Assembly: GCF_001194135.2 (NCBI RefSeq)
Contig: NC_068993.1
Location: 24,027,533 to 24,070,567, forward strand
Source: Octopus bimaculoides
Taxonomy: Eukaryota
Reading direction: 5' to 3'
Length of the DNA stretch: 43,035 nt
The notes below the pieces were generated by a model that worked only from the letters and a program-made list of their open reading frames with translations, ran no database searches and was not told where the DNA came from. Position numbers and translations under genes: made by a program. Position 1 is the stretch's first letter. Each line of letters begins with the position of its first letter. Positions 13,521 to 27,229 of the stretch are shown one piece after another.

Positions 13521-15763
13521 TACCTTGTGAATTGTTAAATGATCCCATATTAGCAGCAAATTTTGGCCTTTGCCTTCTTCACTCTTATTGCATATGTTCT
13601 CACCTAAGTTTTATTCAACAATACACAGTCATTCCAAAAATAGAAAAGAAAACTCTTCAACTTCTTCGCAAACTTTCTCGCTCTTCAATAATTTTAAACG
13701 GCTTCTTTTTCCGCCGAAAAATAAAAAAATTCCAACATGGCATTTGCCAACCGAGTTTAAATTTAAATTTTTAGTTTTTAAGTTTTAAGCTTTAATGTTA
13801 GTTTATAATGTAAACGTATGTCAGGTGAAAAATTTATTTTTCGTGTTATTGTCTTTACTTATTACTTAATTTTCCCCTTCAAATATCTATTATTTTGTAC
13901 ATCTTTATTTTATGAAATATGCGTAGGTAACCCTCCAAGAGCTACATGGCGCTGAATAATATTACCTAAAATAATATATTTTAATTCATTTTATGATTTA
14001 ATGTACTATTTTAAATTTATTTAATTCATTCATCTAAATATTTTCATCTATCACATGCTACTTTCATATTATTATTTTCTGGCACATATATGAGCCCTTG
14101 AACTGTTCCCTTATACTTTCTACATCCCTTGCTTTCAAACTTTTCCTTCGACATATATTTGTTACAATAATGTCCTCAACTCACCAGCTTACATCCCACA
14201 TATAACACACACCAGATGCTTTCTCTTTCTCTCTCTCTCTCCCTCTCTCTAGCCTCTTTCAGCACTTTCTTACCTCCTCCTTACTCTACTTTCCCCTTCA
14301 CCTACCTGACCCTCATTAACAAATATCGTTATCATCATTTCTCCTCTTTCTTTTCCTTTTTTTCTTTCTTTCACGGGCGAATTTATATGTACCTATACAG
14401 AATGTAGATGTGTACACGTGTGATAATATATATAATATATCTGTACATGTATGTATATGTATATTTATGTGCGTGTATCATATGTGTCATGTACGTATGT
14501 ATAGATTAGGTACGTGTGTATGTTTTGTCAATATATAGGTATGCATATGTAATTATATTTGCCCGCATATGACTTTATATGTGTGCATATAGTGTGCATC
14601 GTACACTGGTTAATGAACTTTTCATTGTTCAAACACCGAACTTACGAGCGTATTCGTTCAATTTAATTATTGATCATTAACTTTTTCTCGCTACACATTC
14701 CCCGCTTTGTACGCAAGGAGTTTTCCTATCCCAGCATATTGTATTTATAATCTTCAGTTAATTTTCATATTCCCGCTTCAACTGGTAACGTAAACTAAAC
14801 CGTTATGTTTTGAAAATGAGCCAGCCAAACAGATTTAAGTGCTTATTTGTTGAATTGGATTACAATTACAATTTTAATAAAGTATTCATCCCAACTGCCT
14901 GTCGAACAGGAATGTGTATCACTGAGTAACATTTAAAAGAAAACATTTGCAGCTTTAATTAAAACACATCCCTCTAACTTCCGTATTTGAGTAGTATTTC
15001 TTCTCCCTTGTTTGCAGTTATACATGTTTATGTGTATAGATATATGTGGTGTGTGCGTGTGCGTGCGTGCATACTTGTGTGTGCTCGTGTATGTGCTTGC
15101 ATGTGTGTGTGACTGAGAGAGTGAGAGCGTTGACATATAGACACGCACACACACGTACATGCGTGTGCATACATACATACATACATATACACACTCTAAA
15201 ATGCCTACATTATTATCCTCACCCACAAAATTTTGAGTTTCCTACCTGACACAACCTGGATTATATCTAAAACTTTTCTAGTCATAATAACAGCTTCATT
15301 GAATAATATGGGAGATATCGTCGAACATGCGATGATAACCATCTGAGTGTGTTCCCTCCCAGGTACACTCTCGTGAACTCTGTTTAACGTACTCTTTAAC
15401 CATAGGAATCACCCCGCTTAATATATACTTAGTAATATAATACTGCTGATATCTGATTTGAGCACATAAACCCCCTAATATTTCCTAAGACCCATATATC
15501 AAATTCCACTTTTAACACTGCCATTAGGTTCATTACTTCCTCGAAATCTCACAGATGCTGACAGTGTTAGTAATAATATTTTACATAGGATACTTTCTAA
15601 CATTAAGGAATACGTACGCAGGCCTGTGTCTATGGAAGTGTAGAGAGTAAGTGATACTCTAGTGATACTCTAATTAGCAATAATACCTCTTCAATCACAC
15701 CGACTCTATTTTATGAAGCTATTAATATGGCTAAAAAGTTTTCGTATGTCTCAGGTTGATATT

Positions 15764-15976
15764 TGTTTCAAATTTTGGCACATGGCCAGTTATTTTGGGA
15801 GAGAGGCTAAGTCGATTACATCGACACCTTTATGCAACTGGTACTTATCTTATCGATCCCGAGAGGATGAAAGTTAAAGTCGACCTCGGATTAATTTGAA
15901 CACGGAAAGTGCAGACTGACGAAATGCAGCTAAGCATTTTGCCTGGCATGTTAACGGTTCTGCCAGCACGCCGCTT
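15764..15976 (-). mobile_element. SINE family 2, full length, with 17-bp TSD
   Basis: Body alignable to the other family 2 copies. Flanked by tgtctcaggttgatatt (15747-15763) and tgtcttaggttgatatt (15977-15993). Confidence 0.9.
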
Positions 15977-16872
15977 TGTCTTAGGTTGATATTAATATTA
16001 TACTGTTAGCTAGGCGAACATTAGGCGAATATCGAAGTAAGGCATTCCCGGCTAATGCGTTTGATGTGGCCATAGGAGTCCTCTAAATTTGCACTGGTTA
16101 CCTAATGGCTGTGTTAAAAGGGAAATGTTTATTTGTATGGATATGTGCATGTGTATATATTTGCCAAACATAATGTTGGAAACCTAAAGAAATACACAGT
16201 TAAAGATAAACATCTACGTATCTGAAGAGGGGGAAATGTAATCTCATAAAGCTAATTTACTTCAAAATCAATTAAGCAGTTAGTGTTTATAAGTCAGTGA
16301 CATTAGTTGGTGCCTTAACGTGATTTGTTTATCTTCTGGTTTTCTTTGCCCTTATTACATTACTATCAATATACCTAAAAAGAAACAATTTGCAGAGTTT
16401 TGGGACGGAAATAATATTTAATAAAAGAATACCATATTACAGAATATACGTTGATTGTTGTCTTAAATTTCACACTGCCTAACAAACATTATCTATATTT
16501 GTGGCATTCACTGGTGACAATACTATAATTAGTTCAGAGATTATGAAATATATGAGGGATTTTTTTCTTTTCTATTTGCATTTCTTTATATGTGTCTGTT
16601 TGTACTTTTGTATTTCTCTTTGCCTGTTTCATATATATTTCTGTCAGAAAAAAGAATATCCGTAAGTTAATATTACGTGTCATGTTTATAGAAAACAGAT
16701 CTATAAAATATTTTGGTATGGTGTTTACTGAATAAAATTAGGTACTGAAACTATAAACAATATGTAAAATGATGGAAACCTTAAATGGATTTACAACTAT
16801 ATTAATCCGTGGGAAATATTTTTAGATTATTAATAAGATTAAGAAATAGTCAGGTGCTTATACAAAGTGTTT

Positions 16873-16982
16873 ATTATCATCATCATCATCCATGTTTTCC
16901 TCCACAACATCATCAAATTCGCCAACACCACCACCACCTTCAACATCATCATCATAATCATCATCATCAACATCATTAGCAT

Positions 16983-17013
<31 letters not shown>

Positions 17014-17024
17014 ATCATCATCAT
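16873..17024. repeat. compound (CAT)n/(CAC)n/(CAG)n trinucleotide repeat
   Basis: Direct reading; it explains the poly-Met and poly-Ile ORFs in the track. Confidence 0.95.
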
Positions 17025-18149
17025 CCACGCCCTTACCATCACAAATATTCTGCCTTGTACGTTACCTTTTTCAGAACTCGAATCAATAAAGGGTAACTAT
17101 TATATCTGACGGTCACAGTGTGTTGAATATTGGCAAGAACTCCTCTTATGCTGTCTTATGGTCTTAATTAGGTTCTGCATCAAATAGCATTCTACTTATC
17201 ACTAATTGGTTTTTAATGTATTTGTAATCTGGTACCCCTTAAACCAGATGTATATTACAGTGTCAACGTGACCTAATTGCATAATTTATATTTATTTTAT
17301 AGACCACAACTTAGTAATTTTACTTCTACTTCTATTTATGCTATATTTCATATTTTGCATTCGCATTTGATTCTGAACGCTTGTTCTATCTTTTGCTTTG
17401 TTTTATTTATAGAGATAGTTTTATTTTCTTTTGGGAATGAATCTCTGAAAATATAAACCGGGGAACTGGAAACCGTTATCGATATAGACAAACCTGTACT
17501 GAAACCTCTATTCGTGATTTTGCCGCATATAATTGCATAAGCTGTTACCTTTAGTTTCGCTTCTAAAAGGTTTTATGAATATTCTTCAATGATAATATAA
17601 GTCATAATACGTACTGAATATAAAGATGACTGAAAATTCAGATTACATGTTATTTTTTTAATGGAAGTATAAGGAATTTTTACTTCAGTGAGTACTGTAT
17701 GATTTATTCTTATTATATTTTAATTATGTATTTATATCTATTTATTTATTTTATCTACTTTCGATGGAGAATGCTTGCAACTGATGTTTAAACTATGATG
17801 TTAAGTTAAAATATGCTCCCAAGCTAGAGAGTAAGGTACTTATTGCTGCAAATATAGCCAGTTTTTAGTAGAATTATAGAAAACAACATATCTTGATGGG
17901 TATAAACATAAATAGTTTTGGTTTTCTGCTTTCGTGGCTATCGATAGAAATATGAACCAATTAGAGATATCTGCTATGTACAATTGGCTTTTCATCCAAT
18001 TACGCTACATTTTTCCTTTCTCTGGCTCTTCCACAGAGGTTGGCAGATCGTCAACGCTACAAGAACAGCCAAACACATACATGCATACATAAATACATAC
18101 ATACAAGCATACAGATACATACACATATATTTACATGTGTGTGCGTATG

Positions 18150-18198
<49 letters not shown>

Positions 18199-19261
18199 CA
18201 GATAAGTACACACATATACGTGTATGTGAGGAAGAGAGAAACACAAAACTGTATTTTTGTTTATATATAAATATTATGAGCATCTATATTTAAGGAGGAA
18301 TATGTTTATAACATAATGAAAATAGAATGAAAAATAAAATACATTATAAATTTGGCACTGATTTTACCAATCATGTTGTTGGCGCATGAACAAAGAGAAT
18401 TAATTCCTGGTAGGTAATCTTTGAATATGAATTCTGCCGTGGAATATATAGAAACGTATAGCAACTCGGTACGCCTAATCACATACGACTAATATGAAGA
18501 AAGTTTAGTAAAACCGATAAGTAATAAATAATTTAGCTAAAACTTTTGAATTTGTATTAAGACAATTACCACCACAACTAAAAGAATTATGTGAACCTCT
18601 TTACGTAACACTTGTAGTTTTCAGATCGTTAACCTATACACCGTTTTGAAAAATGTGATACCTATCTCGAGAGGTGGATTCTTAGCTAATTACTAAGTTT
18701 GATACCATATCTACTTCGACAGGAACTCATGCAATATTAATTATTGGTAAAGAATAATGCAAATTTTGTGTCACGACATTATGATGTGACACGGAAGCCG
18801 AGTTTAGGAAATGCCTAACAATGGTTGACTTGTATGACACTTAGTTTGACTAATAGGTTTGAAGTTCATTTTGAAATACACCACTTCTATTATAGCTATA
18901 ATGTCTCTTCAATCATCAAAACTACATTAATCTTTCATATCTTCAATGAAGTGCATATTCAATTGATCATATTTTATCTATATTTCATTGGTTACATTCA
19001 CGAATATGATAATATACAAGTCCATACGCACAAGAACCAATCATTTAATTATATATAAAAACATGATGTATGTGACCTGCATCTTAAATAATTTCCTTCC
19101 TTTTGATCTCCTCTATAAATATAGTCTTAAATTTAATTAAGCTGTGTACTGTATAGAAGTACATATTTTACATTTTAAAAGATTTGCTAAATTTATTTTA
19201 ATAGCCAATTATTTGGGAGCTATATGATATCGATTTTTTGTTTCGTTTGGTTTTGTTTTTA

Positions 19262-19337
19262 CTTGTTTCACTCACCATACTGCGGCCATACTGTAGCACT
19301 GCCTCAGTGTCAAACAAATTGACTCCAATACTTACTT
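19262..19337 (-). mobile_element. SINE family 1, short 3' tail fragment
   Basis: cttgtttcactcaccatactgcggccatactgtagcactgcc...caaacaaattgactcc is the reverse complement of the tail seen at 38450-38520. Confidence 0.7.
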
Positions 19338-19493
19338 TTTAAAGGCTTGTACATATTTCTGCCATCTCTGTCGCCAAATCTCTATATTACCAAGCTTGCT
19401 TGCTTGGTGAGGAGGGCAATTTTGAACACCCTGCGGGATTATACACAAAATACAACAAAAGACGGAAGAGCTCTTGAGAATCAACGGCAAATA

Positions 19494-19560
<67 letters not shown>

Positions 19561-20139
19561 ATGTGTTGGTGTGTGTGTATATATAAGCGTGTGTACGTGT
19601 ACATATGTAAATAAAACATTGCTAAAGTCTAAAAATATTTTTATCGTTTAATTCTAATTCTAATCTATATTTTTTTTTCGAGAAGGATATTCTGAGGAGA
19701 CCTGCAGTCGATATAGCTACCAATGAATTTGCGCCCACTTTTCATTCTTGCTGTTGACACTGAGAGGTGGTTATGTATGTAGCGCAGGAACATTCTGCTT
19801 TGATCTTGATTTACAGTTATCCCTTCAAAATCTTGCGTCGATCGGGGAGCGACGTCATGTACAGGTTTTATGAGTTGGGCGCATACAATCACTATTCTAC
19901 ACGCGGGAGTGTTACAGCTTTTTTAATTTCGTAGTCAGCTTTCAGAGAAGGAACTGGCTTAAGCGGTGTCTTTTGTGACTAAGCGGTACTTTTAAGGGAG
20001 AACACTGCTCACTTATATATTGAGAAACCTTGTCTGGTCTGCCATGAAGTTGGTCAACTACCTGCAGCTGATGGTCTTTCATACCTGCAGGAAAAACACG
20101 AAGTACAGTAATTTTCAGAAGAATTTTCAAAACAATAGG

Positions 20140-21328
20140 ATCTCAGTGAATATTGCTAGTGGAATGTTAAAAATCATCTTAACATCGATCCGCCCTCACA
20201 TTGAGAAAGCACAACTGCTATTCTAGAAAAAGAACTGAACATGTATAATATTGATACAGCCGCACTCTCTGAAACCCATATTAGTGAAGGTCATATATGA
20301 GAGAGGAGTGCTAGCGATAAACTCTTATGGAAAGGTGAGAAAGGAAACGTAGGAGTACGTTTAGCATTCTAAACAGAGGTCACTCGGCGGCTGGAATTAT
20401 TACAGAGTATTCACGATCGAATTATGCAAGTGCGGATTCTTCTGTCCAGGAGACTTTCATGAATGCCATTTCGATGTATGCTCCTGTCCTGAATAGTGGC
20501 CTAGAACCAATCATGTTTTTTTACGAGGATATATAACATCGTTTTTACATGTAGATAAGATCTTGCTGCTAGAATTGAAATGCTTTGGGGGCGTCATGAT
20601 TTGTGTAGAATGAATGCCAGTAGATTTCTGTTGCAACTGTACAGTAAGTTTGATTGGATCTATGGAATATTTTCTTTCAACAAAAGGATATCCACAATGC
20701 AACATGGACATACTTTAAATATAAATGTGAACATATCTTAGATGATATCAACACCTCCAAGAGAGACAGTCAGGATATCCACTTCGTAAGAGTAAGGGGA
20801 TGTGCAGCTTAGAGGATCTTTAAAAAACATTTAGTAAAAATGGTATCCTTGAAGATGAAATAAATAAGTTTGCGATAGCTAGTGATGCTTTAGAGAACCT
20901 CGATACGTCTACTGAGATCGGGGAAACACGCGAGACACAAAGCTCGCTACATATGAGGCCTGTGTTGTTACAGCATGATATTCAGAACCGAAACGCTGAC
21001 AACTTCCCCTTAATTCCTTATACCAAGCATTTAGAAATGTTTCAATAGCATCGAATCCAGCGCGTCCTTAGTATAAACTGGTCTTCTTCCACAATATTGC
21101 TTTATTTGAGAAAACTAACAACACAAGTACTGAGAAGAGGATAACTTTGAGCCCGATGCGCTGCACTGGTCATTTTAGCTAGGTGGAAGACTGAAGGATT
21201 CTCAAATATATTTAATGGAGAGCACCCTTGAAGCTTTAGAGGTTGATATAGGTATGTGGTAGATATTGGCAATAAACCATGCATCGTGGAGAGACCATCA
21301 ATTACACTGGCTCAAACAATTTGTGTTG
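20140..21328 (+). mobile_element. RTE-clade LINE, decayed: AP endonuclease + RT C-terminal region
   Basis: IAS(W)NV, TTAILEKELNMYNIDTAALSETH (SET at 20268-20276), IHDRIMQVRI and ISMYAPV give the APE. Then SKNGILEDEINK, KLATYEACVVT, HRIQRVLSINW, GHF..VED.RILKY and LAINHASWR give the RT C-terminus. The 5' UTR may extend to ~19700. Confidence 0.85.
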
Positions 21329-23567
21329 CATTGAATACGAACAATTGGTATTACCTAATTTGAGTATGCCGAATTCAAATATAAAGTTAGTTTTTCTCTG
21401 TAAGGTTAAAATGTTATCCAATTAAGACTTCTTATGTTTTTCAAATTTCGAATATTTCCAGAGATATGATGTAATCTAGCTGACAATTTCCTAGTTGTAA
21501 TATCTTCAAACTAGGTGGGAAAGAACAAATATCTTTGCATTGATATAATACCTTTATTCACATATACGAGTTAGTGTGTCAAAACAAGAATTAGGCTACA
21601 AAAATAACATTTCTTGTTCCGATTCTAAGTAAAATAAATGTTATCGTGTACCAGTCTTTCTCACCATCTGCGTTTCAGTTTAAAATATATATTATATACA
21701 AATCATAGATGTACAAAGTGGAGAAACTGATCAGAATGGAAGATAAAACCAAAATAGATCTTATACAGGCAAGACTTTGCACTCTGAGCACTTGTGTTTG
21801 TAGTCTATCTCAGGGAAATTTCATTTATCACATCTTCCTTGATAATACTCTTCCATAGTCCTGAAGTCTAGGTGGAAGCGCTCGCCTTGTTCATCAGTTA
21901 TATCTCAAAGGTTTTCAGGGGATTGATAGAAGTGGCTAGGGAGGAAATGGAGTTTAACGTTCATGTGACATTCAAGATCATGGAAAGCCGACAGCATATT
22001 ACTTTTCTGTTTCCTAGAAATTTTTTATAACTGGTACGAATGACAGCCATGCTGCTCATTCGTCTTTCCGGAAGATTTCCCATCACGTACAATGGCATGA
22101 ATCTGGGGTCCTCTCGAATGACAAACAAAGAAATGCAGATGTTATATGTTAAAAACATTCACCATTAGTATTCAATGCCCAGCTTTATATATATATGTGC
22201 AGTGGTGAGAAATAATCTTTTCTCGGCTGACAATTGAATACTTCACAATATTTGGCATGCCTCCATTCAGAGTCTCATGAATGTGTCACTTCTGAATTCA
22301 TTGTTTCTCTCGAGCTCAATTGTCCTACATGCAGAGATATCAAGGATACTTTTTCAAATCTTTCTGTTGGCCGAGGAAGAAATTGATCATTTTCATGTCT
22401 ACACAAATGGTCCAGTTGTTTTCAAAATATTTTAGTTGGTAAAAAACCATTTTTTATGTCATTGTATTGTTCTTGTAAACGCACTGAGACAGCTACATAA
22501 ACATTGCCATTGTGTAAGCACAGCCACTTTGGGCTGTGCTTAGAACTGTCTAGAATAGTCGCCAGTCAGTTTCAATGCATGAGGGGATTCTTAATACCGT
22601 GAGAAGACTGGGGATATCGTGGCAGTAAACAAAGTGTTTCTGTTTTGAAAAAAAATGACACACAAATCTGGTCTCGTTTCCGAAAATAAGAAACTTTTTC
22701 AGTTTGGTAAAGTAGATGTTTTTCTTGCTGCCTGGATCTAGAACTTCAACTTGCAGTCTTGGAGAGTCCCAAATCAGGTGCTAAATTAGTCAGTTTTGTC
22801 TGGTTAATTGTTGAGGAGTTGATCTTTCGGTACCATAAGAGGGGTCTTGAACTTCTGATGTAATTTCTTGATCTTTATAATCGTTCTCGCACTCTTTTTG
22901 TTCACTAATTTCGTCTTCGGAAATTCAAAGGAATAATGGAATCAGGAGTGTCTCAGAATGCATAACAGTTCTAATTGCTGAAAGATAATTGGGATAAGAT
23001 ATTTTACACCTATTTTTCTTGCCGATGCTTTTTGTGTTGACTATACAAAAATAACTCTTACTTGTGTAGTCCCTGGGCTCTCGCCAAACCATAGGAATTC
23101 AAACTGGCTGCTCCATTCGTTTTCCTTTTGTCCAGTCACGAAGCATTTCCTCAGTTATGACACACATCATGAGGAGCCCCTTTTTTGTCTTGGTCACCTA
23201 GGGGAATTCCAAAATAGGCTTTATAAGCCCGTCGCACAAACAATATGATGCTGCACCTTTCACTAATAAGTGTGAAGGAAACACACGCAAAAGCCATCGG
23301 GATTATTCACACATCTATGTCTCCTTGAAGGCTCCATCATTAGATCTGACGAAACACAATTGTCAATTCTTTGTAAGTAAGATAAATGTATCTCAATACG
23401 TCAAATTTAACTATAAATGAATAAAAATAATAACCATCAATTTGCAAGATAACTACAGCATGGAGGGCAAAACCGATTCCACATTTATAATTTGCACAAA
23501 AAAGTGAATTAGAATCAGGAATAAAAATCTCATGCAACAGAATATTTTTTTTAAATATTGTCGAGTG
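21329..23567 (-). mobile_element. near full-length Chapaev3-like (CMC superfamily) DNA transposon, pseudogenised transposase
   Basis: From ATG 23340/23337: MEPSRRHRCVNNPDGFC..FVRRAYKAYFGIPLGDQDKKGAPHDVCH..MLRDWTKGKR..GIPMVWREP..YFCIVN; KYP.YLCM; KII(F)PPLH..KLG; KKFLGNRK; CHMNVKLHFLPSH..PENL*DITDEQGERFH (21872-21901)..MEEYYQGR. The 5' end starts CACTCGACAA at 23567. The 3' end is tentatively CATTGAATAC at 21329. Confidence 0.85.
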
Positions 23568-24319
23568 CTATAGATGTGTTGTCAATGAACATAAGAGTAT
23601 GTAACACGCTGCTTTGAAGAGTTCACTCCGTAAGTGGGACACAAGTTTATTGCCTGCACAAACCCAGTAGGACCTGACATCCTCCTTCATGAGCTGTGTT
23701 TATGATTCCTCTGATATCACATGAACCAGGGTTAAATCAAGTGGCTTGTGAGACGGTTATACCAGCACATACACTTCAGTATATTTGTAATGGAAAGAGA
23801 ATTAAGTGTCACATCAGTGAATGCTGCGGTAAATCTCAATATATCATACATATACATATATACATATAGTTGTTATTATGTTATACATATAGTTGTTATT
23901 ATGTATGTCCAAATTTGGTCAAATGCGTTTTTTACAATATTTATTTTGCTTGCTATAGCCGATTTCTTTTTGGTCATACTATCGTATCTCCTGCTGCTTC
24001 AGATGACAAGATATCAAAAATTATCAACGTATAGTACAACGGTTTTGCTATGGAATGGTGAAACTATTTTTTCGTTTTCTAGAAAAGCTACGTTTTCGAC
24101 TTATGACACTATTGCATATATACTTCGCCTATGCATTTCCATATTAATAACCTGGTGTTAGAACTCAATATATTTCATATTTCAAACTTTCATGACTCTA
24201 CAGAGGGATGGTCAAGCACTGAACTTGAGTGCATTGCACCTTGTAGCAGAAATAGGTATGAGGTAATGAAGTTTACATAACGTAATGATTTATTTCCTTT
24301 GTTTGTCATTCCAATATCT

Positions 24320-24321
<2 letters not shown>

Positions 24322-24378
<57 letters not shown>

Positions 24379-25175
24379 NNNNNNNNNNNNNNNNNNNNNN
24401 NNNNNNNNNNNNNNNNNNNNNNNNNNNNNNNNNNNNNNNNNNNNNNNNNNNNNNNNNNNNNNNNNNNNNNNNNNNNNNNNNNNNNNNNNNNNNNNNNNNN
24501 NNNNNNNNNNNNNNNNNNNNNNNNNNNNNNNNNNNNNNNNNNNNNNNNNNNNNNNNNNNNNNNNNNNNNNNNNNNNNNNNNNNNNNNNNNNNNNNNNNNN
24601 NNNNNNNNNNNNNNNNNNNNNNNNNNNNNNNNNNNNNNNNNNNNNNNNNNNNNNNNNNNNNNNNNNNNNNNNNNNNNNNNNNNNNNNNNNNNNNNNNNNN
24701 NNNNNNNNNNNNNNNNNNNNNNNNNNNNNNNNNNNNNNNNNNNNNNNNNNNNNNNNNNNNNNNNNNNNNNNNNNNNNNNNNNNNNNNNNNNNNNNNNNNN
24801 NNNNNNNNNNNNNNNNNNNNNNNNNNNNNNNNNNNNNNNNNNNNNNNNNNNNNNNNNNNNNNNNNNNNNNNNNNNNNNNNNNNNNNNNNNNNNNNNNNNN
24901 NNNNNNNNNNNNNNNNNNNNNNNNNNNNNNNNNNNNNNNNNNNNNNNNNNNNNNNNNNNNNNNNNNNNNNNNNNNNNNNNNNNNNNNNNNNNNNNNNNNN
25001 NNNNNNNNNNNNNNNNNNNNNNNNNNNNNNNNNNNNNNNNNNNNNNNNNNNNNNNNNNNNNNNNNNNNNNNNNNNNNNNNNNNNNNNNNNNNNNNNNNNN
25101 NNNNNNNNNNNNNNNNNNNNNNNNNNNNNNNNNNNNNNNNNNNNNNNNNNNNNNNNNNNNNNNNNNNNNNNNNNN

Positions 25176-25236
<61 letters not shown>

Positions 25237-25245
25237 GTGAGAGAG
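24322..25245. other. (GT)n - 797-N assembly gap (24379-25175) - (TA)n(GA)n
   Basis: Direct reading. Other gaps: 5314-5566, 9939-9958, 30846-30942, 36877-37287, 42011-42020. Most abut microsatellites. Confidence 0.98.
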
Positions 25246-25868
25246 ATTGAAAAAGAGAGTAATGTATTTGACTATGTGCTGAAAATTTTAACATTAGCGA
25301 AAAACTAGTTCGTTATTATACAATGAAAGCATTATGGTTTCTTCATATACTATTCATAATCTTGTTTTCTATATATGAACAATGCACTCTTCATGTTTGT
25401 ATTCATATTTGTATTCACAGTACCGTTTTCTACACTACCGCACATACAGAAACACATATATCAATCTTTTTAGATCCCTACTATTTGATTAATTATAGCC
25501 TATATTGTACATACAATACAATAAACTGTGTGCACCTCTCAGTATCTGCAGCACTTGAGAATCTATTCTCATAAAACCATAAATTTGTTTACCCTTCTGT
25601 GTAATTTCATATAGATACAGACATAAACATAACGTCTGTTTAATAAGCTTTTTGCTAGTTTAGTTTCAACACACACGCAAACATCTGAAAAGGTTTTTAC
25701 CAAAGTTCTACTGCAGACTAGCTAGACTTATTGATTATCAAATGTCAGGCTACTTCCGTGGTTGTAAACTCTGTAAATATTCACTACGTGGATTAAATAC
25801 TTACACAAATGAAAAGTTTCAGAATGGAGGACGGTTCCACAAGATATATGCTGCATCCCGATCACTCA

Positions 25869-25919
<51 letters not shown>

Positions 25920-26054
25920 AGTTACTGTCTCTCTAACTACATCTCTCCTTTTCTGTAGTTATTCCAACTTCATTTCAGTTATTATTCTAGTGATACTTCA
26001 TTATCTTGTTCTTCATTTTCTTCTAGTATCATTCTTTCTTTATTTTATTATTGC

Positions 26055-26147
<93 letters not shown>

Positions 26148-26162
26148 TAATAATAATAATAA
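26055..26162. repeat. head-to-head (ATT)n-(AAT)n palindromic microsatellite
   Basis: (TAT/ATT) array 26055-26109 is followed directly by its reverse complement (AAT) array 26110-26162, with one G interruption. Confidence 0.95.
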
Positions 26163-26796
26163 GTCATCCTATATCTATGAAGATGCATTTCCTTTGTTAC
26201 CGCTGTATACTTACAACGATAATATACTTCATTCAACACAGTCCTTCTCATCATCTCTTCCTCACTTACTTCAGTTGTATTCTCCCTTTTATGTAGAGCT
26301 AGTCTATTGTAAGGGAATAACAATTTCACCAGCATAATAATAAGTATAAGAATGTATATGTTGTGGAGACTTGGCACTGAAAATGGAAATATATTTCATT
26401 TTTTCTGCTTTCCATTTACATTTTTTACTATTTGTTCCTCTTTTATCAATTTTTTTTTTGTTTGTTTTTTACTCTGGATTCATCATGTTATTATTTTCCA
26501 GAGCTACTGAGCTATTTACTTTGCCTCTAGAGCTGAAATTTTGCCTGATTTTCGGAGATTTTTCTTTCTGTCCTTTATGTTTTGGGGAAACAAGAACACC
26601 ATGAGAGAACTATAATTAGCCATCATATTGTTTTCGAACAAGTTTATTTACTCAAAAAACATATATGCATATACCCATGATCAGACACATACACATATTA
26701 CACAAACACAAACACCCACACAGATATATACAATATTATATATATATATATATGCATGCACACACATACGTATGTAGGTATTTATAAACAAAAAAA

Positions 26797-26990
26797 CATT
26801 CACATGCCCTTCTCAAACCATAGGCTTGTAGGGTCGGTTTCTGAATTCTGTGGCGCATATGTTTCGCCATAGAATCGGACGGTGGTCCACTGCAGTTCTG
26901 GAAAAACGTAAAATGTTTTTGTGTCTTTTGAGCAAAACGCTTACCTCAAATACACAAATCATCATTCGATCAGGGAATCGAAATCACAAT
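26797..26990 (-). mobile_element. SINE-like repeat, third family, truncated at (TA)n
   Basis: B-box-like gatttcgattccc on the minus strand (26973-26985). The body caaaccataggcttgtagggtcggtttc...caacgtgaaatg-like resembles a repeat I recall from octopus DNA. No second copy in this window. Confidence 0.45.
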
Positions 26991-27229
26991 TATATATATA
27001 TATATATATATATATTATAGCGACAGAGATAGTATTAACACCAAAATATAATGCTTATCACTACTTAAAAATGAATGTTGCTTTAAAACACAGTATACTA
27101 CATACCTTATTCACGTAGACTTGTGTTGCAATCGTGTTTGTATCGCTAATGGGACATAATCATCCATCATCGCTTCTGAAACTGCAAAATCACGTGATTT
27201 CGTTCTTCTTTGAAAATGGAAATGCTAGA

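Noticed and set aside
16839-17109. Poly-Met/poly-Ile ORFs, and similar YI/CV/LSIY ORFs at 10315-10879, 17984-18270, 25990-26377 and 33416-33741
   Set aside because: Translations of microsatellites with no flanking coding signal.
24285-25294. Long ORFs of 290-334 aa in the track (also 5089-5898, 30734-31313, 36755-37370)
   Set aside because: They are open only because they run through N gaps and dinucleotide repeats.
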